Shown here piece after piece: positions 54,325 to 64,000 of a stretch of 64,000 bases of DNA. Origin of the DNA: the human T2T-CHM13v2.0 reference genome, Homo sapiens; assembly GCF_009914755.1 (NCBI RefSeq), contig NC_060934.1. One strand, given 5' to 3'. The position numbers and the translations under genes are program-made. The notes under the pieces were generated by a model. It was given only the letters and a program-made list of their open reading frames with translations, was not told the DNA's origin and did not search any database. Numbering within the stretch: the first letter of the stretch is position 1; each line of letters begins with the position of its first letter.

Positions 54325-54515
54325 GTGAAAAATCAGTTCTGAGTTTGCTATGGCTCTAGTTTTTGTGGTTGTGTGACATTAGGCAAATTACTTATGTTCT
54401 TGCAGTTTCAATTTCCAAACTTGCAAATTGGAAGATAAAAATTATACTAAATATTATAATTAACACATAAGATAGTCACACATACTAGGGGCTCAAAAGT
54501 TTAGTGATCATTTTA
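54325..54515 (+). mobile_element. MIR
   Basis: gttgtgtgacattaggcaaattacttatgttcttgcagtttcaatttcc. Confidence 0.7.
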
Positions 54516-55355
54516 TTAAGGTGAATATATTAATAATTGTGTTTTATGCATATTTAACAATTAGTCTTATTGTTGTTAGTAACACTAGGTCCAAAATGAA
54601 GTAATCATCATCAACAACAACTAAAAGCTTAAATGTCTGTCTCTCCCTGTGCTCACCCTATGTGCTCCCATGAAATAAGGTCATTGAATAGGCTATGCCA
54701 GAAATGTGCTGTCTACTGGTAATTTTTCATCTTGTGAATGCTTCCTTATTAATTAGATCTCCTCATAATTGTCCCTTTCTTAGGGAAATATTCTTGACCT
54801 CCCTAAGTCATCTTGTTTTATTTTTAAAACAAAAATAAGAGCACTTACCACTTTGTAATCTTGTATTTACTTATGGTTCACAGTAAAGGAAGACTCAATT
54901 TAGGATTACAGACACAGGCTCCAGACTCAGCAACACTAGTCATAGCAAAAATGAGGCTAATATTTGGTTTATAAATAGTCAACGCCACCCCACTCCAATT
55001 TCCCTCCTTTATCTTGGCTCAAAAAATACTGACAGCCAAAATTTATCTCTCAAGCCAAAAGGCAGAAATTTCTTCTTTGAAGAAATATGGAAAGCATATT
55101 CTAAGAATTCTCTAACTGCTTACACAAATGTTGACAATGACAGATTAAAGCATTTAGAGTCCTCCAGTTTAAAGGACAGATTCATCCTACTCATTCTTTG
55201 TCAAGTGAGACAGACAAAACCTGCATAAGTATATAGGCCCCCAAGTCTGCCTTTCTTTTACTTATACTTAAATATGAACAGCGATCCAAGCATTACCATA
55301 CATTTGAAGACAGCCTTCAACATGGAAAAATCAATTTTTTAAAAAAGGGAAAATG

Positions 55356-55955
55356 GACTGTAAACTAGTGCAACCATCGTGGAAGTCAGTGTGGGAATTC
55401 CTCAGGGATCTAGAACTAGAAATACCATTTGACCCAGCCATCCCCATTACTGGGTATATACCCAAAGGATTATAAATCATGCTGCTATAAAGACACATGC
55501 ACACATATGTTTATTGTAGCACTATTCACAATAGCAGACTTGGAACCAACCCAAATGTCCAACAATGATAGACTGGATTAAGAAAATGTGGCACATATGC
55601 ACCATGGAATACTATGCAGCCATAAAAAATGATGAGTTCATGTCCTTTGTAGGGACATAGATGAAGCTGGAAACCATCATTCTCAGCAAACTATCGCAAG
55701 GACAAAAAACCAAACACCGCATGTTCTCACTCATAGGTGGGAATTGAACAATGAGGACACATGGACACAGGAAGGGGAACATCACACACCAGGGCCTGTT
55801 GTGGGGTGGGGGGAGGGCAGAGGGATAGCATTGGGAGATATACCTAATGTAAATGATGAGTTGATGGGTGCAGCAAACCAACATGGCACATGTATACATA
55901 TGTAACTAACCTGCACATTGTGCATGTGTACTCTAAAACTTAAAGTATAATTTAA
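55356..55955 (+). mobile_element. Young 5'-truncated L1PA4-like element (about 600 bp 3' end)
   Basis: Near-consensus L1PA 3' UTR; perfect 15-bp TSD aaaaaagggaaaatg (55341-55355 / 55956-55970) at a TT/AAAA endonuclease site. Confidence 0.97.
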
Positions 55956-56429
55956 AAAAAAGGGAAAATGACTATTGGGGAAGCAGAGATTACTCAAAGA
56001 AAAGGAACAGAAATTAAACTAAACCCAAATAAAATTCTCCATACCAATATTGCTAAGATGATTTATTTATGAAGACAGTGTATCCATAATACAGGTATAG
56101 GGTGCAGTGGGGAAAAAAACAAACAGTGAAAGAACAACAAAAAATGAAACTAAAAGGTACTTTCAGTGGAAGAATTGGAAGATAAAATGAAGAATAGGAG
56201 GTGAAACTTTTGAGAAAAAAAGCTAAGAGACATATAGAATCAATACAAAAGATCCAACATATAACTCAAGAAAGATAGAACATTTAAAAAGAGATAGAAA
56301 TTTCAAGGAAATAAAAGACATGGAATTCCCAGTGTTGAAGGACACATCACAATTTTCCTGCATTCTTACATAGCTTCTAATTGTCCTTTTTACTTGGATA
56401 TTTGCTTCTTACATTTATTTATCAATATA

Positions 56430-57030
56430 GGAGTAACCCTTTAAAAAATGTAATACAGAGCAGTAAACATCTTTGCTCAACCCCCGAAATGCTCCCCTGA
56501 AATAGAGGAAAAGTGAGAGTCCTCACTGGATCTGTCCCCACCCCAATCCCCAGCCCCAATCACATCTCTGACCTCATCTTTTAACACTTTCACCTTTGCT
56601 TACTCCAGTCTCAAAGATCAGGTACACTTCCCAGGTAGGATTTCCTCCTCTAATTCTGCCTTCTGCTTCAAACTCTATTTCTCTAGATATCTGTGTACTG
56701 AACTTCCTTATGTACCTCAAATATTGTTTAAATGAAGTCTAACTGATCACACTACTTAAAATTATAACCTACAACCAGCAAGAATGGTCTTCCTCACCCT
56801 GCTTTATGTTTTCATTTCCCCATAGCTTTCTTAAATGTGATGTAATTTATTTACTTACTGTGCCCAATCCTTATTATTTGTCTCTGTTCAATGGGATATA
56901 AGCTTCAGGAGGTCAGGAACATTTGTAGTTTTCACTCATTATTTTATTCCATGAGCTTGGAACAGTGCCTGATACATAGAAGGTGCCCTGTAACTATTTA
57001 TTGAATGAGTAGATAAACATACAAATAAAT
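56430..57030 (+). mobile_element. L2 (L2a-like) 3' end
   Basis: gatataagcttcaggaggtcaggaac...aacagtgcctgatacatagaaggtgccc...tatttattgaatgagt. Confidence 0.75.
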
Positions 57031-57217
57031 GAAGAAGTTCTTCATGAGTGGCACACAACTTTGAAGTACTGGAATTATAAAAAAGAAAATGTAATCTTTG
57101 CACACCACTCATTGTAATGAGCAATGTTCATAGTCCAAATAATAATTATGGTATTACAGACTTTTCAAATTATAGAATCAGGCAATTGAACAAAGCATGA
57201 ATGACATAATTACAGCT

Positions 57218-58930
57218 ATACAAGGAGGTGAAAGATCTCTACAAGAACTATAAAATACTGTTGAAAGAAACCACAGATGACACAAACAAATGGAAAAACA
57301 TTCCATGCTCATGGGTAGGGAGAATCAATATCATAAAATGGCCATACTGCCCAAAGCAATCTACAGATTCAACATTATTCCTATTGAACCACTAATGTCA
57401 TTTTTCACAGAATTACAAAAAAACTGTTCTAAAATTTGTATGGAATCAAAAGAGAGCCTGAATAGCCAAAGCAATCCTAAGCAAAAAGAACAAAGCAGAA
57501 AACATCACATTACTAAACTTTATACTACAAGGCTACAGTAACCAAAGCAGCATGCTACTGGTACAAAAACAGACACAATTGAAACAATAGAGAATCCAGA
57601 AATAAAGGTGAGCATCTACAACCATTTGAACATCAAAAAAATTGACAAAAATAAGCAATGGGGAAAGGATTCCCTATTCAATAAATGGTGCTGGGATAAC
57701 TGTCTATCCGTATACAGAAGAATGAAACTGGATTCCTAGCCATCACCATATACAAAAATTAACTCAAGATGGATTAACAACTTAAATGTAAGACCTAAAC
57801 CTATGAAAATCCTAGAAGAAACCTAGGAAATACCTTTCTGAATGTTAGCCTTGGCAAATAATTTATGACTAAGTCCTCAAAAGCACTTGCAACAAAAATA
57901 AAAATGGTCAAGTGGAATCTAATTAAATGAAAGAGGTTCTGCACAGCAAAATAAATTACCAACAGATAACCTACAGAATGGAGTAAAATATTCAAAAATT
58001 ATGCATCCAACAAAGGTCTAATATCTAGAATTTCTAAGGAACTTGAACAATTGAACAAGTGGAGAACAACCCCATTAAAATGCGGGCAAAGGACATGAAG
58101 AGAAACTTCTCAAAAGAAGATAGTCAAGCAAAAACATACATATGAAAAAAATGCTCAACATCACTAATCGTCAGAGAAATGCAAATTAAAACCACAATAA
58201 AATACCATCTCACATAACTTTATTATGTGTCTCACATGACTTTATTAAAAAGTCGAAAACTGATAGATGGTGGTGAGGATGTAGAGAAAAGGGAACACTT
58301 GAATACTGTTGATGAGGATGTAAATTAGTACAGCCAATATGGAAACTCGATAGGAGATTCCTCAGAGAACTAAAAATAGAACTATAATTTGACCCAGCAA
58401 TCCTATTATTGGGTACATGCCCAAAGGAAAATAAATCCTACCAAAAAGACATGTGCACTCATATGTTCATCGCAGCACAATTCACAATAGCAAAGACATT
58501 GAATTAACCTAAATGCCAATAAACAATGGATTGGATGAAGAACATATGGTTCATATATACATCATGGAATATTATGTAGCCATAAAAAAGAATGAAATCA
58601 TATCTTTTGCAGCAACGTAGATGCAGCTGGAGGCTATTATCCTAAGCTAATTAACACAGTAACAGAAAACCAATACCACATGCTTTCACTTATAAGTGGG
58701 AGCCAGGCACACTGGGGACACATGGACATAAAGATGGGGAAAATAGACACTGGAGCCTCCAAAGTTGGGGAGGGAGGGAGACAGGGAGTAAAGGGTTGAA
58801 AAACTATCTACTGGGTACCATACTAACTACCTGGGTGATGGGATCAGTCATACTCTGAACTTCAGCATCACCTAGTATATGCATGTAACATATCTGCACA
58901 TGTCCTGAACCTAAAAGTTGAAATTTTAAA
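57218..58930 (+). mobile_element. 5'-truncated L1PB4/L1PA16-like element (about 1.7 kb)
   Basis: aaggaggtgaaagatctctacaag, ORF2-like [13 protein letters not shown], 3' end catggacataaagatggg...cctaaaagttgaaatttt. Confidence 0.92.
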
Positions 58931-59984
58931 ACATGTATAATTATGATTATAAAATAACCTTGCAGAGTAAAAATCAAGGTACACTTGTAAGATTTGGAAG
59001 GTAGAAAGTGGTCAGAAAAGGATTAAAAATGGCAAGACAGCTACCAGGTCCTACCACACAAATTAGGAGTCCAGATGAATCCTGTTCTCATAGAAAGCTG
59101 ATGGTTAACAAAATGGTTACTAAAGTATTATTTTTAAAGTTATAGAAGTAGCTGGTAAAGGAACTGAAAAACATTGGTATAAATTTATGGGGAGTCAAAA
59201 GGCAATGACTGCAGATGAAAAATTATGAAATAGAAAGATATTTAGTTAAATCTAGGTAACTAAGAGAACAGCTAAACATAAAAGTAGCTAAAGTAGTCAT
59301 ATCTTGGAATTTAGACAGGGACAGGGAAGGTGTGAGTGGGAGAGGACATTTTTAAAAAATATATCCTTACATATTATTAGATTTTTCTTTAGTGCACAAT
59401 ATTTCTTTGATTTTTTTAAAAAAATTATTTGAAAAGTAAATGGCTTAGAGAATGCTTAATAATTACTAACCTAACTAACAAACATTGTTTTTCTTTTGCA
59501 TGTGAAAAAACCCTTTGATTAAATTATTTTATGAATTATGTAGAGGTATTTTTAGGTGAATTATAATAAATTATAACTATGAAATTAAAACACAAAAATA
59601 ATGTTAAATTTAGAATGCTTGCTACTAGTCATTTATCCTGAGATGAAAGCAAGCATGACAGATTTAAATAATACTGCAGATTTTTTTTTCCACAGTCCAG
59701 TGGTTGAAGCTACGGTCTCCTTAAGGCAGGGCAATGACAGACATGGAAAAACTGTAGCTTGACATTTATTCATTTTTATAATTCATTTATTAATTTATTC
59801 ACCAAATGTATGTTGTATGCCAGATATTTTCCAGGCACTGTGCAACATTTTATGAGAGAACTCACACAACCATGTTCTCATTTCTAAGTAATTTATCACA
59901 TCTAAAGCCATAGGTCAGGAATTTAAAAAGAAATAGCTACTGCATATAATCATTTGTTTCATGAAATATAAACATGAAGATACT

Positions 59985-60205
59985 ATTAATAATACATTAA
60001 TTTATATACCGTTTTATAGTTTATAAGGCATATTCATGTATATTATTTTTCTTCACAATGGCCTGGTGTAGTTGGTGGTATTCAATTTCTAATTTACAGG
60101 AGAGGAAATGGACTCAGAGAAGTCAAGGGACTTGCCCAAGGTCACCATGTTTGGTAGAAGCAAAACAAATAGCCACATTCATTGTACTTTCCACAACACT
60201 TCAGC
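59985..60205 (-). mobile_element. MIR
   Basis: aatttacaggagaggaaatggactcagagaagtcaagggacttgcccaaggtcac. Confidence 0.8.
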
Positions 60206-60224
60206 TACTTTTGTTTCATTCTGA

Positions 60225-60644
<420 letters not shown>

Positions 60645-60707
60645 TAATTGTTTGTTTAATCTGGATTCTAAACCTTTTTTTTTAAATGCATATAAGTCTT
60701 CTAAATC

Positions 60708-60770
60708 TTGTGTGCATGTATGCATACATGTATGCACATGTGCTCATGTGTATGTGTGTGTGTGTATACA
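60708..60770. repeat. Alternating purine-pyrimidine (TG/CATG) repeat
   Basis: tgtgtgcatgtatgcatacatgtatgcacatgtgctcatgtgtatgtgtgtg. Confidence 0.85.
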
Positions 60771-61099
60771 ATAGCACTCATTCAGTTTCAGTGTGCTTAT
60801 GCACTTTCCTGGACTGAAAGCCCCCCGAGATCAGGGACTGGAAAGACTCAATCAGTGATGCTCTTTAGCTTGTATGTTCCCTTATGAAGCTATGTTTATT
60901 ATATAGGCTTGGAATGGAAGAACTCTGGCTTCTAATTCTGACTGATTGAAACCTTAAGGCTGGATTTTCTATAACTTCAGACCCAACCAGATGACATTTT
61001 TTTCTATACCTCTACACGTCATATAGAGATATGTATTAGGAATCACAGACTTATATAATGTCTTCGCTCCTACTTCCTTCCCTGCAATATGTTGGCAAA

Positions 61100-61320
61100 G
61101 CCTAGGGGCAGTTCTGGAGCCCGGCTGCTCGCATTCAAATTCCATCTCTGGCATTTACCACTTGTGAGGCCTTCAGTTATGAAGATATTTTCTCCATGCC
61201 TCAATGCCTGCATCTGTAAAATATTAACAGTATATACCTCATAGGATTTACTTAAATGAGTTAAGAAAAGAATTTAGAACAGGCTTTGAAATGATACGAC
61301 AATAAATAAATTATAACTAT
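61100..61320 (+). mobile_element. MIR
   Basis: ttctggagcccggctgctcgcattcaaattccatctctggcatttacc...catctgtaaaat. Confidence 0.8.
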
Positions 61321-61697
61321 TTTTATCTTTCTCACAGGTGATCTAGATATTTGAATTAGATAGTGTGAGTGAACGTGAATTGAAAGTACTCATACTATTT
61401 ATATTAATTATATTATATTATATAACAACAATTGAAATTTAAAGTTAGAAAGTGCTAAATGACTTCATGGGAAGCATTACCTGAAAATATTTAAATGTTA
61501 TGCAGTAGAGACTGACTGATACTGTGAAGTTCTCGGCATACTTCTCTATTCAATTTTCATCAATATCTGATTCATTCTACTAGAGAATTCTGAGAATGAA
61601 AACAAGGAAAAATTTGCTGTTGAATTTCTGGAGCTTCTGAACATTTCTCATTATACAGTCTCCAGTTCAATTCTTCATCATTTTCACCTAACTTCAA

Positions 61698-61715
61698 CAG
61701 CAGCAGCAGCAGCAG
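61698..61715. repeat. (CAG)6 trinucleotide repeat
   Basis: Direct count. Confidence 0.9.
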
Positions 61716-63435
61716 CCCTGTGCTCAGTGACAGGAAAATAGCATGTTTATTTAGATGATTCAAAAGCTAGCTTCTATTCCTTACCTTTATTTGTATAATT
61801 TCTAACTTCACACTATTTTGACCATTAACTAGTTTTAGATCATTTATAAAACTCTAATTTATGCACTGTGAGTATTCCAGAGAACTCCTTTAATAGCCAC
61901 TTACATTCAATTTCCTGTGGCCTAGACATTAGCTACCTGAATGAGAAGGGATCAGTTTTAGCCAATTAAAGCTCATGAAGGGAAAACAGACACCACCCGT
62001 AAGCAAAACAAGAACTGTGGATTAAAAATAGAAAATGAATGGTGTACCTGCAAATCAGTAAGTGTTGTGCTTTCCATAAACATTTAATTATATGTTTAAA
62101 AAGTACATTTTACTAAATAATAGTTACTAATTTTAAATTTTAAAATAGTTAATAACTGTAACTATTTTATATCACTCTCTTTTGTTAAACAGCTTAGAGT
62201 TAAATTTATACTCCACATTTGACCAGCGTGCAGTGTTTGGGGCATTCATTTTTATGTTTGAATCTCAGTGCTATTTAATAACCAAATATTTTTCCTTCCT
62301 TTGCCTGGCAGTCCTCACCTATTTCAAATTTAAAGAAAATCTGTTTACCAGCATATCTTTGTAGTCCAAATTATATATTTCAAAATAAGCAGGGAGGGTA
62401 ATTAGATGGATAAATAGAAGGTGAGTGCATTTCTGAGGAGTTTTTGAAGCCGAAAAGGGTACAGGTAGGGAATGAAATGAGCATTCCAGGGAATAGTAGT
62501 ATACAGACATGGGGGGTCTAAGAAAGCACTTTTCCTCTCACCTCCATCCTCCTTTGGGTGGTATTTTGGCAGCCTAAGAATTTAGAATAACCAAATAACT
62601 AAACAAAAGTTAACAGTATTATGGTAGAAGCAAATAATTTAAATAAACAAATACATATATACCTACATAAAAGATTGGGAAGAAATAGGTCAATATTCCA
62701 CAAAAGAGGAAGAGGGAATAGTAGGAATAGAGGGAATGAGGGTATTTTTTTTTTTTTTTGCCACTGGCTTTATAATAAATGTATTATATTCTCAGTAGAT
62801 ACTTTGATACTTAAATCTTTTTAGGTGAAGTATTTGGGGATGAGTTTACCTTACACAAATTTCTTTATCTGTTTATAGATAAAGGATTTTCTTTTACTTT
62901 GGGGGGGTTTCTTGGCAACATTTGAGGGTAGTGACCATGTGTCACTTATATTCCCATAGCCTAGCATAAGGCCTGGCTTATAGTGAGAAGTCTAGAAAGA
63001 ATTTTGTGTAAAAGGCTAAAGATGGAGTAGAAATGAAAGATGGGCTTATTGTGAATGTTAATTTTTAAGGATTACTTAAAAACTATCAACAGAAGTTTTC
63101 TAAGGAGAAATATAAATTTATGAGGTATCAAAAAGAATACAACAGATCCTATACTTTTCTTTATCTTTTACTTTATATATACCCATTTACTCTTATCCCA
63201 CATACCCACTCACCCCACACCATATTTGTAACTTAGAAGCTCAGTGAAAACTAACTTCAAATGGTAGAAGGAATACATTTAGAGTCAAAAATAAATATCT
63301 CTTTCACCTCTGCCTGACCCCCAGTTCTCTAGAGAAAAACACCTAAAGATGTTTTATACATCTACCAGCATATGGATTTGTAACATTACTATCTTCTCCA
63401 GTTAATAGTGAATAATATTAATCATGCAGTTTAAC

Positions 63436-63922
<487 letters not shown>

Positions 63923-64000
63923 TTTTACTAACTCCTTGGTTTACTTTTATTAAAACTATCCACATATACAAAGTTGAATTTACTTAGCAGTTGTTAAAAG

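Noticed and set aside
58370-58379. Perfect MEF2 site CTAAAAATAG in a heart-expressed gene
   Set aside because: It is part of ordinary L1 ORF2 sequence, and such AT-rich motifs are expected by chance here.

Overview
AT-rich, repeat-dense primate genomic DNA, almost certainly human (AluY and L1PA elements are present). It is intronic sequence of the very large gene CTNNA3 (alpha-T-catenin) on the minus strand. The window contains one real coding exon: 15837-15942, 106 nt, with canonical AG/GT sites, encoding (R)GKGPLKHTTDVIYAAKMISESGSRMDVLARQIANQ of the C-terminal actin-binding domain (probably exon 16, numbering from memory). The rest is L1, Alu, MIR, L2, MaLR LTR, MER DNA transposons, a MamSINE1-like element, microsatellites and unique spacer. 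I found no prokaryotic-type system and no novel gene, and the other listed ORFs look like repeat-derived or chance ORFs. The observations most worth following up are structural. (1) The frameshifting exon is clamped between two tail-to-tail inverted L1MA elements that could pair over about 2.5 kb in the pre-mRNA. (2) A 30-bp tandem duplication has doubled its branch point and created a candidate cryptic acceptor. (3) A near full-length sense L1MA4 keeps its YY1 promoter motif and places a polyA signal just upstream of the exon. (4) A twin-primed, 5'-inverted L1 with about 150 bp of unexplained filler is nested in another L1. (5) There is a young 107-bp tandem duplication. Repeat subfamily calls are by eye against remembered consensus sequences, and repeat boundaries are approximate unless TSDs are given.
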